DNA of 64,000 nucleotides from assembly GCF_006345805.1 (NCBI RefSeq), contig NC_043004.1:67890001-67954000 (forward strand), in the 5' to 3' direction. This stretch comes from Octopus sinensis (taxonomy: Eukaryota). Shown piece after piece: positions 1 through 14,012 of the stretch. Numbering within the stretch: position 1 is the stretch's first letter; the number at the start of each line of letters is the position of its first letter. The translations under genes were made by a program, and so were the position numbers. Under the pieces are notes generated by a model. That model did not search any database. It saw only the letters and a list, made by a program, of their open reading frames with translations, and was not told where the DNA came from.

Positions 1-781
1 AAAATATTTGCTTAGAATATTGAAAGATTCAAGCTAAAATAATTGAATATCTAAGCAGACTAATCTCCTGTCACCTAAAACAATTTCGCTTTTATTTAAT
101 ATTTTATTTCGCTTTTCTTTTACCAATATCCTTTCAATTCTTCTGTTAACAGCATTCTTTACTTAGTTGTCAGATTGCAGTACGAAGAAGCCGGAATCAG
201 TCTATATTTCTCATATCGTGGTGTGGGAGGCAGAATCGATTATGTTTATGAACAAAACTTATAACATCGCTACTCTGCTGTAAATATACGATGTCAATTG
301 CATTCATTCAAATTTTCACAGTAAAACAGCGCTTATATAATGGAGATGTACGCTTCTCAGATACGCTGAAATATGTTTGAATTTAATATATGAATCTGAA
401 TGTGTGTTCCCAGACGTAGGCCACATCCATGCACCTACGTAATTGAAATTTAGTATAGGGTGCATTGTCTCCTGTAGACGACCTTTGGTCATGCAACCAA
501 TTTTTTTTAAATCTCTTCATTTTAACTCTTGACAGAAAATATGAAAAAACTACTGTATACGCCCAAGGACTGCAATTAGTACTGGAAACAGTTGCTGATT
601 AAGAAAATAATTCACTTAAAGTAATTATGTAAATTAGAACACATTAGAAAGAATAATTCATTTAGAGCAATTATGTAAATTAGCACAGTATTTCGAAAAA
701 TCAAGTTTTGCCGGAAAATAAAAAAAAAGTTGTGCTCTATATTTGTTGCCACTTTCCCAACTACTGCTGCTGCTGCAACTA

Positions 782-821
<40 letters not shown>

Positions 822-1069
822 AAACTATTACATGTTAATTTAATTAGTAGGGATGTTATCTTGATGTTCTGTGACGACAAGTCTCCTCAAATAACAAAAA
901 AAACCGCTTTCATAGAAATCTTGTATAACTCAACAGTTTCGACAATACGTATCTCAATTTCAGTATATTGCAGCTTCTTTCGGTGTTGTGGCAAGTGCGC
1001 CAATCACCACACTAAAGTTGTCGCATTTGTGTTCGACAAGACCTCCATCTTACGTACTAGGACTTGATA

Positions 1070-1560
1070 AGTTTTCTTTGATATTCACTCTTCTGTTATT
1101 GTTTGACAAACTCTAATATATCTTACACTGTTAGGAAACTTATTTTATTCTCCTCTGCAATCATGTAGGGCCTCCTTGTTTCTCTCCCATGGCTTTTTGT
1201 GGAGAAATCCTATAACTATGAATCACCATCACAGTTTATGACGAGTGTTTATACCACTTTTCCGCTCAAGCGAATCGACACACATGACGAATATTCCCAT
1301 GCATGCTTTTACCGACAATTCATTTTAGCACTTGTGATGTACTTCTTTCTTTCTGCTAGCTAACTGCATTCATTTAAAAGATTATTAATATTTTCGTTTC
1401 TTTTTCCACAGATTCTTCGTTTCCTCTCTCACTGAGTTTTATGTGTTTTTTTCATTTCATCGAGTACCTTTTAATGCCTTCCACCTGAGTGTCTATAATT
1501 ATCAAATTAATATTCATTTTCTCGTTTCTGCGTTCTCGACTTACTGAAGTATGCACTTTC
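1070..1560 (-). mobile_element. Highly degenerate R4/Dong-type (RLE) non-LTR retrotransposon C-terminal fragment
   Basis: Manual minus-strand translation gives LIIIDTQVEGIK, RRICGKRNENINNLLNECS*LAERKKY and VGKSMHGNIRHVCRFA*AEKWYKH. These are colinear with the better-preserved copy at 52.4-53.4 kb (LIAAQDQ, CRICG..ETINHIISGC..AKKEY, VGTYIHW..EKRWYRH). Confidence 0.65.
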
Positions 1561-2519
1561 AGAAAATATTCTGTTTTTACTACACTTTCGGTCATCAAAA
1601 TACACAGGATGATCATATTCGTGAGTTACGAGTATCATGACTCGGAGGAAGGAGATTTTCATCACATTTACAGAAACGACACCTATTTACTTTTCTTTCT
1701 GCCTTTTCTGATTTTCTTGATACCTGTTATGAATATGCGTAACCGGATGACGTTGTTTTTTCTAAAATAGAACACAATATATTCCAGTTCAAGCTTACAA
1801 TTTCTGAATTGGTGTACTTTTTTGTTTCCTTTTGTATCCAAAGAAGAAAATCATACTCAGAAAATATTATTCTATTCAATAAAGAATGTCAATCTGTTTT
1901 TATTACATATCATATCGTACTTTTTTTACTGAATTTCATCAACATTCTCATCATTATTGTCGTCGTTATTATTATTATTATTATTACTATTATTATTATT
2001 ATCAACATTATTATTCAGTAGTCTTAATTTTATCACGTACTTTCATCGCACTACCGATCTCAGCGCGCTAAAGTGGGAGACATTTGAAAGATACACTTAA
2101 ATATAAATGAACTTTATACATACTGGATTTCGGTTGAGCGTTCTGTATCTTGTTATGGAAATTGTGTTTTGTAAACGACAGACTATGCTGATGATCTTGC
2201 AGATATTTGCGTGTCCATATACGTAAATATTAACAAGTGAAACGAATGGTACATAGGTAATCATTTTTTATTTCGTATATTTTTATTTGTCTTACTCGTT
2301 TTTACATTTTGGTTTTTGGCTGAGATTTTTCTTGAGAACACATTCTTTGTGGTAATGGTGATTTGACGTCTATATTTAGCATATTAGGTGTCCATTTTAG
2401 TGGTCTTCCTCTAAATTTTGTATGTAAAACAATTTTTAATCTTCGGATTTTTTTCAAAATATGCTAAGCCACTGGTTTTAATTGGTTAATATCAATTTCT
2501 ACCCTTATTTAATTTTATC

Positions 2520-2521
2520 TG

Positions 2522-2588
<67 letters not shown>

Positions 2589-2613
2589 CTCTCTCTCTCT
2601 CTCTCAATATATA

Positions 2614-2665
<52 letters not shown>

Positions 2666-2716
2666 TATATATGTATGTATGTACGTTTGTATGTATTATG
2701 TATGTTATATATATAT
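2520..2716. repeat. Compound (TATC)n/(TC)n/(TA)n microsatellite
   Basis: Directly visible tandem repeats. Confidence 0.95.
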
Positions 2717-3169
2717 AAAATATTATTAGAAATGGATTCTTTAATAAAACTACCATAATAAATTATTATATACAATTATGAGCTTTAGCTCATCTTAGCA
2801 GCTCTAACAAACAACTTGCAGTAACCCAAATCTATTCTCGATGCCTGCCTTACTACTACACTATTCCATTCCCAATTCCAAAATCCATTCATAATAAATT
2901 TTTTTTAAGTAGTGTTGGTTTGCCACGTGGATATAGTTTTTAGTTCCATTTATTCTATTTCTCCATTCATAATTTTAAATGACGTTTACTTTCCATGGCG
3001 CGTATTCTTTCTTTTTTTACATAAGTTATATTTCTATGGTAACGTAATTTTGGTTTGATTTTTTTAACGGCTAAGAATTTAATTTCACTTCATAATTTGA
3101 AACTGACTTATTGGAAGTCCACCTGACTTGTCGATCAAGACAAGAAACAATTGTAGTGGCGGTTTTTTT

Positions 3170-3332
3170 GACTATTTATTAAAATTTTATGTATTGATTA
3201 AGTCTTTCCTTGTTTGTTTTGCAAAATAGTGGTTTTGTCTCTAATAATATTTTATAATATTTTACTATAAAAATTGGATTTAATCCTAAATCTGATTTTT
3301 TCCCTGTAAATTTGGATTTATTCCCTAATATT

Positions 3333-3335
<3 letters not shown>
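3170..3335 (-). repeat. Interspersed AT-rich repeat abutting (TA)n (family D, copy 1; possibly a Penelope-like terminus)
   Basis: The reverse complement (aatattagggaataaatccaaatttacagggaaaaaatcagatttaggattaaatccaa...) matches 9601-9760. Both copies start directly at a (TA)n tract. The Penelope assignment is inference only. Confidence 0.7.
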
Positions 3336-3381
<46 letters not shown>

Positions 3382-3396
3382 GTATGTATATGCATG

Positions 3397-3457
<61 letters not shown>

Positions 3458-4382
3458 GTTTATATATATTTATTTATATACATATATGTGTGTGTGTGTG
3501 CCTGTATTTCTGCGTGTCTATGTGCCTGCGTATACCGAGGAAGGCGAGGGCAAGAGCAGGTCAGAACCATGTGGAACCGTGCAAGTCTGTTTAATTCTAG
3601 AAAAGTGTTTAGTAAATAGCTACAAAACTGTTGTGTTTTGTATCTGAACGAAATGATTTCACATCTATTTCTTCCGCATTGAAAATATTGATGCCAATTT
3701 CTTATAAATCTGTCTAGCAACACAAATTAGGTCGTAGAGAGTGTTAAAACGAAACGTAGCTTCACTTTAAAATCGTAGATGAGACAACAAACTAGATTAG
3801 AAAGACATTCAGTTCACGGTGTAAATAATAACCAATTCCATTGTCAGTGATAGCATTCTGTAATGTGTACTTGAAACATTAACATTGAATTGGTTTGATG
3901 TTCAACCGACATATCAGAAACAGAAGATAAATTAATAAAAGAATAACACATTTGACTTTAATTAATACGATGAGTGATATATGGTCGCTATATGGCGTCA
4001 TCTAAATTGTAATGTTTGCTAATAGCGTGTTTAACGTCAAGCATAATTCGTTAAGTTTCTGTATTTGCAGAGTATACGACTTTGGATCAAATTCTCAAGC
4101 AAGTCTCCAGCAAGTTTTATATTTTAATTGAGATATGATATACCCACTCGCTTGAAAGTGAATATTAATCGAAGAAATCCTAATTTAGAGACCAAACAAC
4201 AGCAACAATAGAAACATTAATAATACAAAAGCAACAACAAAACATTAATAATACCAGAGCAAAAACAAAAACATTAATAACAACAACAATAACAAAATGA
4301 CAAGTAATGGGAACATTACTGATATAAATGAACTCGTCCATTTCAACTCATTGCAAAATGCCAAAGTTATTATTAATAATTA

Positions 4383-5440
4383 GGGCGGCGAGCTGGCAGA
4401 AACGTTAGCACACCGGGCGAAATGTGTAGCCGTATTTCGTCTGTCGTTGTTACGTTCTGAGTTCAAATTCTGACGAGGTCGACTTTGCCTTTCATTCTTT
4501 CGGAGTCGATTAAATAAGTACCAGTTACGCACTGGGGTCGATGTAATCAAACTAATTCCCTTGACTGTCCTTGTTTGCCCACTCTATCTTTAACCCCTTG
4601 TGTACAATAAAGAAATAAGAAACGTTAGAACGCCGGGCGAAATGCGTAGCCGTATTTCGTCTGCCGCTTCGTTCTGAGTTCAAATTCCGCCGAGGTGGAC
4701 TTTGCCTTTCATTCTTTCGGGGTCGATTAAATAAGTACCAGCTACGCACTGGGTTCGGTATAATCGACTTCATCTGTTTGTCTGTCCTTGTTTGTCCTCT
4801 CTGTGTTTAGCCCCTTGTGGGTAGTAAAGAAATAGGCATTTTGTCTGCCGTTACGTTCCGCCGATGTCGAGTTTGCCTTTCATCCTTTCGTGGTCGATAA
4901 ATTAAGGACCATTTGAATACTGGGGTCGATATAATCGACTGGCCCCCTCCCCAAAAATTTCGGGCTTTGTGCCTAAAGTAGAAAATAATTAAGGCGGCGA
5001 GCCGGCAGAATCTTTAGCCCGCACGACGAAATGTTTAGTTGTATTTCGCCCGTCGCTACGCTCTGAGTTCAAATTCTGCCAGGGTCGACTTCGTCTTTTA
5101 TGCTTCGGATATCAATAAATTAAGTCCCAGGGATCGATATAATCGACTAGCCCCTTCCCCCCAAAATTTCAGGCCTTGTGCGTTTGGTAGAAAGTATTAT
5201 TATTGATAATTATTTATTAATTGCAAAGCCTAAAGCGTTGAGCCAGCAGAATCGGTAGTTCGTCGGACAGAATCTTTATATGCATTTTCCCATCTCCTTA
5301 CGTTTTGAGTTCAAATTCTGTCGAGAATCTACCACAACTTTCTTTATTTTTGGTCGATAAAAATGTACATATTTTACACTGGTACCGATGTAGTTTTCTG
5401 AACCCTCCTCCTAAAAATTGCTAACCTTGCATAAATTAAA
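4383..5440 (+). mobile_element. Cluster of about five tandem units of tRNA-derived SINE family B
   Basis: Head ggcggcgagctggcagaaacgttagc (A-box-like) and gttctgagttcaaattcc (B-box-like). Body ...aagtaccagttacgcactggggtcgat... is repeated at about 4383, 4618, 4837, 4992 and 5230. Confidence 0.9.
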
Positions 5441-5789
5441 CCGTTAATTGTACAAGATTACGTGCAACAAATGAGAACAAGTGTATTGATTTAAACAGCG
5501 CTAGAATATTATTGCTACTAGGTCGTTGCGACCAGGGGCACATTATGCAAAATGTTTCTAGAATCACAACGTAGTTTTTTAAGAAGGTGTTTAAATATTG
5601 GATAATGTAATACTAGATTTTCTTTGGCTTCTATGATAAATATCCAGTTTTTCAATCCACTAAGCAAACTGCTCATTGATTTAACGCTTATACTAAGGTA
5701 ATTATCTGCCGGAAAATAGTATCACACAGTAAATCTTTTATCACTATTTTTGGCTCTGGCAAAATGAAAACCAACCAAATCGGATCATC

Positions 5790-5985
5790 AAATATTTTGA
5801 AGAATTCGTGATTCGAATAAGCAAATGTTATAAAAAATTTTTCTGTGAACTGAACATAGCACAATGTTCTTGAGAATGAATTTACCCTAAAAAGACGGGA
5901 TGTCCAAAGTTGGAACAACTTTGTTAATATTTCTCAGTTACGAATGAGACAGGGTTGCCCTCTGATTCGTACCCTTTTCTCCAAA
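5790..5985 (+). pseudogene. Possible decayed non-LTR reverse transcriptase fragment (L1/Tx1-like)
   Basis: 5944-5964 translates MRQGCPL followed by IRTLF, resembling the RT motif GVRQGCPLSPLLF. Upstream FVIRISKCYKK is only weakly similar. Confidence 0.35.
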
Positions 5986-6214
5986 GACAAAAACCTTTGA
6001 TAGAAATGGAAGTTCATGTTTGATGTCATTCTCTTTAACTCTTTAACTAGATTTACCCCGAAAGCTGCAGTCATGCTGGGGCACCATCTTAAGTTGTACT
6101 GTGTAAATTTACACTGAAAATGTAAAATATATTTTGTAGCTTATAAATATAATTGTTTCTAAGACAGAAACGAAGCCAGCAATTTTTAGTGGCGGAAAAA
6201 AAAAACGGTATTAA

Positions 6215-6385
6215 TCGATAACCTCGCACTCAGAATTTGATTGATTTTTTTATGCCATAGCCCCGGAAATGATAAAATGCAAATTTGACCTCGACGGTAT
6301 TGAACGCAGAATGTAAAGAGACGGAACAAATACTGAAAAATTGATTTTGCCAACGCTCCAGCGATTCCGCCTACTCGACGCTTGA
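6215..6385 (-). mobile_element. Degenerate SINE family B copy
   Basis: aaatttgacctcgacggtattgaacgcagaatgtaaag and cgattccgcctactcgacgc are diverged reverse complements of the family B head and body. Confidence 0.6.
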
Positions 6386-6486
6386 ATGATGATGATGAGG
6401 CGGATGATGATGACGACGACGACGACGACGATTAACATAACGACGTCGAAGATGATGTTCATAATAAGAACAACAACAACAAATAC

Positions 6487-6526
<40 letters not shown>

Positions 6527-6547
6527 GTAATAATATTAATAATAATT

Positions 6548-6578
<31 letters not shown>

Positions 6579-6585
6579 TAATAAA

Positions 6586-6656
<71 letters not shown>

Positions 6657-6672
6657 AGGCAATAATAATATT
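6385..6672. repeat. (GAT)n/(GAC)n/(AAT)n microsatellite
   Basis: Directly visible; explains ORF 6386-6676. Confidence 0.95.
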
Positions 6673-7726
6673 TTAGACAATCTCGGTTTTTCTTAATCAC
6701 TAAGTATAGGAAATATCAACAGACCAAAAATAAAATAAAGCGCATCTTTTGAATTAATTTGTCTCGAATGATTTCTTTCCCTTCAAGACAGGAAACGAAA
6801 GTTATTCATTAATAAAGATTAACTTATGAAATATTTCTGAATCAAACAAATTCAAATTTGTTTATCTTAATATTTATATATGAATTCATTTATTTGATGT
6901 AGTGCACTTTCTACAAACACAGTTGTTGATTATTATTTATATATATATATATGTATGTTATTTTTTCCCCCCTTTCTGATAAAGTTGTTATAACTTTGTA
7001 TAAGATTGTCTCATGAATCAGAGAATCAGATTGGAAATATCAAACTGAACTGTTGTTGTTGTGCTGGTTGTTTGTGTTCTTGTTTGTCGTTCTTGATTTT
7101 TTTATTTCATTTGTGATGGTCATGGTGATAATAGAGTCGTTGCTCTCTTGTACTCGATATCCCCAATAAAGCAGACTTATGGTTAGCAACGTCCAGTTCA
7201 CAACCATCTTATCATATTTCCACACATAATATATGAACGACTACATTATCTGCTGAACCCTCTTTGTTTCTATCTTTTGCTGTAAAAATACGTCATATTT
7301 TGTTGCGCAAATCGCCAACGTATATCTAACTGCCCGTGCGCAGCCTCATGGTTGCCGCCACCAGTTTTGGCCTATAAGAACTAGGTACAATATGTTATAT
7401 ACAGAACTATTAACAAAATTTATACCGTCGATAGCATCGATTTCCGTAAGGAGAATGGAACCAAAGGATCCGGAAGCATGTACTTATTTTGAGATAAATG
7501 TAAACTTCGTTCTCTTTGGTTTGCGAGAATGTCTCATATGTCTGTAATTCCAGATGACCTACTTACCGATGTCACAAGATAGCAACTCCGAGAAAAGAAG
7601 CAGTTGCTATGTTCTGGGAAGCCACTTTATTCGGCGTTTCTAAACGAATAGATTATGAAAAGTCGCAGGAACTTGAACTTATTATATTTATTATTTCTCG
7701 ACACTGAGAAAATTGAAGATATGCCT

Positions 7727-8065
7727 GGTACTTATTCTATCGCTCTCTTTTGCTGATCCTCTAAGTTATGTATACGTAAACACACCAACACCGATTGTCA
7801 AATTGTAATGGGGGGGGGACAAACACACACACACACACATAGATATATTTACGTATATATACGACGGGATTGTTTCAGTTTCCGTTCACCTAAACCACTC
7901 ACAAGGCCTTAATCTATTGTAGAAGGCACTCATCCAAAGTGCCATGCAGTAGAACTGAGCCCGAAATCACGTAGTTGGGAAGCATGCTTCAGTATTTCAT
8001 TATATTGCCCCTAGGGCCTTATATAGAGGAAGGAAGCTTATTACCACGCAGCCACTCCTGCGCCT
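7727..8065 (-). mobile_element. tRNA-derived SINE family A (CORE-like central motif)
   Basis: Ends in gcagccactcctgcgcct (reverse complement of the head aggcgcaggagtggctg) and shares the body with the copies at 38.1, 58.7 and 60.8 kb. Confidence 0.85.
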
Positions 8066-8382
8066 ATATTTACAAAATTTATTTATGACTAAATTCTAAC
8101 ATCCGTCATTAGGTCCAGCACCCGATGAGATCTAATGTTTTGAGTGCCTCAGTAACACTGAGGGCTATGCGAGCAGAGTACAAGTCCATGTGGAGATTCC
8201 TATGTTGATCAGGTCAAACGATAAAGGTGAGACTAACGTGGACCAATGGTTTCGAGCGGTCAAAATGTGCAAAATATGTGGGCTAAATATTATAACCTAT
8301 AAAAAGGTAAGGTTACTCATGCATGGATGACTATTCTAAACTTAGAAAACCTGAGAGAGGAAGATCATTCTTTGTGGAAATA

Positions 8383-8912
8383 TTGGATTGTCCGGAAAGT
8401 TCATGCCGGTTTATAGTAGCTTAACTTTCGACATATTTTAGAACATGGTTGAGTTCATAAAATAGGATTTGATTACACCTCCATTTAGAGCACAGTTTAA
8501 TCTTTTCGTGGAAAGAGGCTTATGTTCCTATACCCTGTGTTAATTCTGTAACCCTTTAAAATGAAAGATAAGTAAGTTCATATTCGGCACTTCATGCTTT
8601 GGGAACCAGACGAAAATCGCTGCAGCTCGGCTGGGATGTGTTATCCCATCCTCCATATTCACCAGATATTGCTCCTTCGGATTTCCACATATTCAGGTCT
8701 CTGCAGAATATTCTTAATGGTAAAAATTTCAATACCCTGGATGACGAAAATAGGCCTTGATGAATTCTTTCTTATTAAACCACCTTAATTCCGGGAAGAT
8801 GGTATTTTCAAGTTAAATGTTATATATTTGGTTGATTAAAAATGTAATAGCAAGTATTTATTGACCATTTTCTTTCCTTTAAAAATCGGCACGAACTTTC
8901 CGAACAACCCAA
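8383..8912 (+). mobile_element. Internally deleted mariner transposon with both TIRs and TA target duplication
   Basis: TIRs ttggattgtccggaaagttcatgccggttt and aaatcggcacgaactttccgaacaacccaa are each flanked by TA. The internal frame reads LGWDVLSHPPYSPDIAPSDFHIFRSLQNILNGKNF (YSPDLAP motif of DD34D mariners). Confidence 0.92.
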
Positions 8913-9539
8913 TATATGGCAATGTAGGCGGAATACTGGAAGAGAGCTAAAAAAATCAAGTGTCAACCAAGGCAGGCCACTGTGAATAACACTGGAGATA
9001 ATTGTCTGTCGCCTAAGTCATATCGGGAGTAAATTTAAATAACATGTAATTATATGTAAATAACAATAGATATGGCGGTATATCTAGCCGATTGTGCGAC
9101 CAAGTGGAACTGCAATTTTGTCCCCTTCAGCAGGTGTGGAATTTAATGTTGAGGTATATAAGAGGCGTGTCTATTCATGTGTCTGAACCTGGTTATTGTA
9201 TGTAAGAGGTGCTGTGGTTTTATCTGTGGTATATATATATATGGATGAAACAACATTAATACAGACTCAGTTGTTCAGTGGATCTGAAATTTAGAGATTA
9301 AAAGTAAGATAATCGTGTTGAAATATATGTGTGAACCTGCTAAAGTCTAAAATCGACGACCTCTGTCCCTTCAACTGAACACAAACAAGGAAATGAGACA
9401 TATATTTGTGAAATACTAAATTTATTACTGTCTATTACGTAATCAATGGCGAAACTGGTGGCAACAGAAGTACTTTGTGTTTTATAAATATAGACAAAAG
9501 AATACACACACACACACACACACACAGGCACACACACAC

Positions 9540-9584
<45 letters not shown>

Positions 9585-9600
9585 CATATATATTTATATA

Positions 9601-9760
9601 TAATATTAGGGAGTAAATCCAAACTTACAGGGAAAAATTAGATTTAGGATTAAATCTAATTTTACAGTATAAATATAAATTAAATTTGAGATAAAACCAC
9701 TATTAGGCAAATCAAACAGTGAAAAACATAAACAAAAACATAGAAATAAAATTAATTAAT
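9601..9760 (+). repeat. Family D repeat, copy 2
   Basis: Homologous to the reverse complement of 3170-3335; starts at a (TA)n tract. Confidence 0.7.
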
Positions 9761-9851
9761 ATAATATGCAAACTATATAAAAATATAAAATTCAAAATTT
9801 AAATTATTCAAATTTAAAGTTTAAAATTTAAAATTACTAATTTAAATTATC

Positions 9852-9888
<37 letters not shown>

Positions 9889-11349
9889 CTCTCTTTTACA
9901 TGTTTCATTATGGTTATATATATATACATACACATATACATATATACATACATTATAGGATAAATATACACAACGTGCATCGGCATGGCCGCAGGTCTGA
10001 GCTGAAACTAAAAAAAAATTAAAAAAAGGTGTGCGTTTTGCTAGTTCGTGGGTAGGCTGCGCTTATAGGCGTAAGAGAGTATATTCTCATCAATTCGCCT
10101 AGCCTAAAGAATAATTTCTTTTGTGACCATCCAGAAACATTTAGGTAGAATATTGACTAAGATGCCGAATCAAATTATGAAACGTGGAACTATGGTATTG
10201 CGAAGCGGATTTCTTAGATTTACACCTCTTTTACGCCTATATATAATTTACATTTTATATCGTCACAATTCACTTATATACGTGTGTGTTTGTATGTGTG
10301 CGCGTCTAAGCGTATATGTGTCCGTGTATTCGTGTTTGTGCGTGTCTCTGTGTATGAGTCTGCTTCTGTCTCTGTGTGTTTGTGTTTGTGTGTGTGTGTA
10401 GTGTTCAGTGAAGCCAGAAGACAGAGTTATACACACAACAAACGTCAAACACAAACCACCCACATACAGGACGGAGAGCACATATCCATTTAAACCCAGA
10501 CACATGGAAACAGAAAACGCAAGCTGACGTAGCCACATATATAAAATATATATAGAAATGTGCGTGTGTGTGTGTGCGCGTCTGCGTATGTGTGGGGGGG
10601 GGGGTGCGTATGTGTCTCTACCCACTTCAGACACACTATTTAGGAGCAGATAAGTCAATCGATAAAGCAACATCAAACCTACAGATTGTATGAAGATTTG
10701 ACCTCGGAAGAAAGAAAGAGTGACACGAAATCATATGAAACTTCACAAAAATAAGTAGCAAAAATATATACTAAAACAAAACAAAAAGGAAATTAAATTA
10801 AAAAAAAAACATCATGGATAAAAATACAAGGAAATACAAACAAAACAAAAGTGATACAAATCAAAAATCACAATAAAATCTTGCAAACAAACTGTGTGTT
10901 TGTATGTGTGTGCAAATGTGTATTGCATGTATGTGGTTTTATGATCATCATATTGTACGGTGTATGTGTGTGGGTGTCTTCACTGTTGTGTCTGTGTACG
11001 TATGTGATGTAGCAGTGTATGTAAGTAAATGCGTATGTGACTGTGGCGGCGCATATGCGTTTAAGTTTGTGTACGTGATTGTGCGTACGCATGTATGTTT
11101 GAGTGTGTATATGTAATTGTAGTGATGTATGTGTGTTTCAGTGAGTGGGTGTGATTGTGGCAATGTATGGATGTTTCAGTGTATGTGTTTGCGGCGACGT
11201 ATGTGTGTGTGTAAGTATGTGATTGTGGTGATGTGTGTGCATGCCTACGTGACTGTTCGTGGAGGTGGTTCTATATGATGTGAGTATACGGTTGCGATGA
11301 TTTTTGACTCTGCGGCAGTGCTTCACTGCATTGATATATATATATATGC

Positions 11350-12008
11350 GATGTAATCGACTGGACCCCTCCCCAAAAGTTTCGGGTCTTGCGCCTAGAG
11401 TAGAAAAGGATATATTTATGGGATTAATGAGGCGAGCTGGCAGAATCGTTAGAACGCCGAGCGGAAAGCTTAGCAGTATTTCGTCTGCCGAGACGTTCTG
11501 AGTTCAAATTCCGCCGAGTTCAACTTTGCCTTTCATCCTTTCGAGGTCGATTAGATAAGTACCAGTTACGCACTGGGGTCGATATAATTAACTTAATCCG
11601 TTTGTCTGTCCTTGTTTGTCCTCTTTGTACTACCCCTTGTAGGTAGTAAAGAAACAGGTATTTCGTCTATCTTTCCGTTATGAGTTCAAATTCCGCCGAG
11701 GTCGACTCTGCCCTTCAGCCTTTCAGGGTCGATAAATTAAGTACCAGTTACGCACTGGTTTCAATGTAATCGACTTAATCCGTTTCTCTGTCCTTGTTTG
11801 GCCTCTCTGTGTTTTGCCCTTTGTGGGTACTAAAGAAATAGGTATTTCGTCTGTCTTTAAGTTCTGAGTTCAAATTCCGTCGAGGTCGACTCTGCATTTC
11901 AGCCTTTCAGCGCCGAGAAATTAAGTTCCAGTTGCGTCCTGGGATCGATGTAATTGACTGGCCCCCTCACCAAAAGTTTTCGGCTTTGTGCCGAGAGCAG
12001 AAAAGGTT
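11350..12008 (+). mobile_element. SINE family B: tail fragment, then headed copy plus two headless tandem units
   Basis: gtatttcgtc unit starts at about 11476, 11658 and 11842. Confidence 0.9.
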
Positions 12009-12414
12009 ATGTGAATGTGATTATTCTGGTAATATGTGAATGTACGTTATTGTAATGATATGTGTACGTGCGTACATAGTTGTTAGTAACGTCTGAGTAT
12101 GTATCTAGTATGGCTGATATCAAATATGCTTATATAAGAAAGAATGCGTGCAATTGTAATATGAATTACTGTATGCATATAGTGTGTGTGTGTGTGTGTT
12201 TGTATATGTGTGTGTGAGTGTGTTTGTATGTGTGTGTGTGTGTGTTTATTTGTGATATGATTATGCGCTTATATGTTTGCATTGCATTGAGTTGTGTATG
12301 CATGTGCTTCGGCTACACTGTGTATTTGTGAGGTGATAAGTATGGGGATTTTCTCCTGGGACTTGCTGTGCCGCAGACGTTTTTCTCCCGTTTATATAGC
12401 TAGATGTCTATATA

Positions 12415-12419
12415 AACGG

Positions 12420-12452
<33 letters not shown>

Positions 12453-12573
12453 GTAGATAGATGCTGGAGAGATAGATAGATCGATAGATATATCGATAGA
12501 TAGACAGACAGACACATAGACAGATAGAGAGATGTAGATAGATAGACAGCTAGACAGATATAGATAGACATAC

Positions 12574-12612
<39 letters not shown>

Positions 12613-12640
12613 CACATAGACACATAGAGCGATAGATAGA
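12415..12640. repeat. (GATA)n/(GACA)n microsatellite
   Basis: Directly visible. Confidence 0.95.
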
Positions 12641-13906
12641 TTTATTATATTTATACGTAGATTATACAGACGCATAAGCTCTGTGCCTGCTTACAAATTC
12701 AGTCGTTATTGCGGTTTCTTTGGCAAAACTTTGAGATGCTGTTTTGTACAGGGGATATTTCGTCCCAGGGACTGGTATAGTCATATTGCTCACCTTAATG
12801 TCTTTTTATTATAAGCACATAAACATATATGTGGTGCATGTGTGCGTTTGTATATGTATGTGTGCGTGTTGTCTGAAGCAATTTCCCGTGTAGAAATACA
12901 CAAAAACTGCATCAAAATGAAAAACTCGAACATAAAACTTTTCATTTTTTCTCTCACTCAATGTATAACACAATACCTGTATCTTATTCACACATTCGCG
13001 TGCATATATTTCACAATGTGTGTTTTTTTAATATTTTTATTGCACGGTGTTTCATGTCAGTGTTTCAGTGTTAATGTGCGAATGTATGTGGTGATATATG
13101 TGGGAAGTGTTATATGTATGCGATATGTGTGTGTGTGTACAAAACCATTAATATGATCGAAAAAGCTAGCACAAGTAGTAAAATGCAGGAACGAGGGAAT
13201 ACTTTAAAGAAAGATATGAATGAAATACTACTGAACATATAAAGTCAAATACACATTGTCTCACGTTGTCTGTAGACATATATGCACTTCTATAAACTAA
13301 TATTTTAAACACACATGCGCTCACACGCAAGACGAAAAATAAAAAGAAAAAAAAACTCAATGTATTGCAATCTTTCACACTCAGGCGCATAAAATGCATG
13401 CCTGCACTCAAACATCGTAAAGGCTCAAACTAGGCGCCATATTTATTCTACTTCGCTATCCAAATACAAACGAACTTTTGAATAGATTAAAAAGGAAAAA
13501 TGAAACAAACAAACAAACAAGCACGCGCAAGCCTATAGCCTCAGAATATCTCACACAACCGCAACTGGAATTATATATGCACCTCCATGTAGACATATGC
13601 TGAAAAGAGTCATGAATACGCAGAGTTACATGGACAATGAAATAATTGAAAGAAAAGAGAAGAAAAAAACAAGGAAAGCAATAGAGAGAGACTAGCTGTG
13701 ACGCAAATGCAGTGCGGAAAAAGTAAGAATGAAACTAGAATGCAAGTATACGGCAATCACAAATGTACAGACAAAGACACAAACACACGAACATCCGAGC
13801 AAAACAACATACCTATATACGCAATTACACACACACACACAAACACATTAAGACGTGACTGCATAGTGAATTTATAACAGCGTATGTATATACGAGCATA
13901 TACACA

Positions 13907-14012
<106 letters not shown>

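Noticed and set aside
2740-3170. Possible Penelope GIY-YIG coding remnant next to family D
   Set aside because: Only a vague YCKLF resemblance was found; no readable motif supports the call.
4383-5440. SINE heads as tRNA genes, and tandem SINE or 556-bp units as CRISPR or satellite arrays
   Set aside because: The heads lack a complete cloverleaf and continue into SINE bodies. The repeats have no unique spacers, the DNA is eukaryotic, and copy numbers are too low for a satellite.
7040-7225. Signal-peptide-like ORF on the minus strand
   Set aside because: It has no usable splice donor and runs into a low-complexity AAC tract and a stop.
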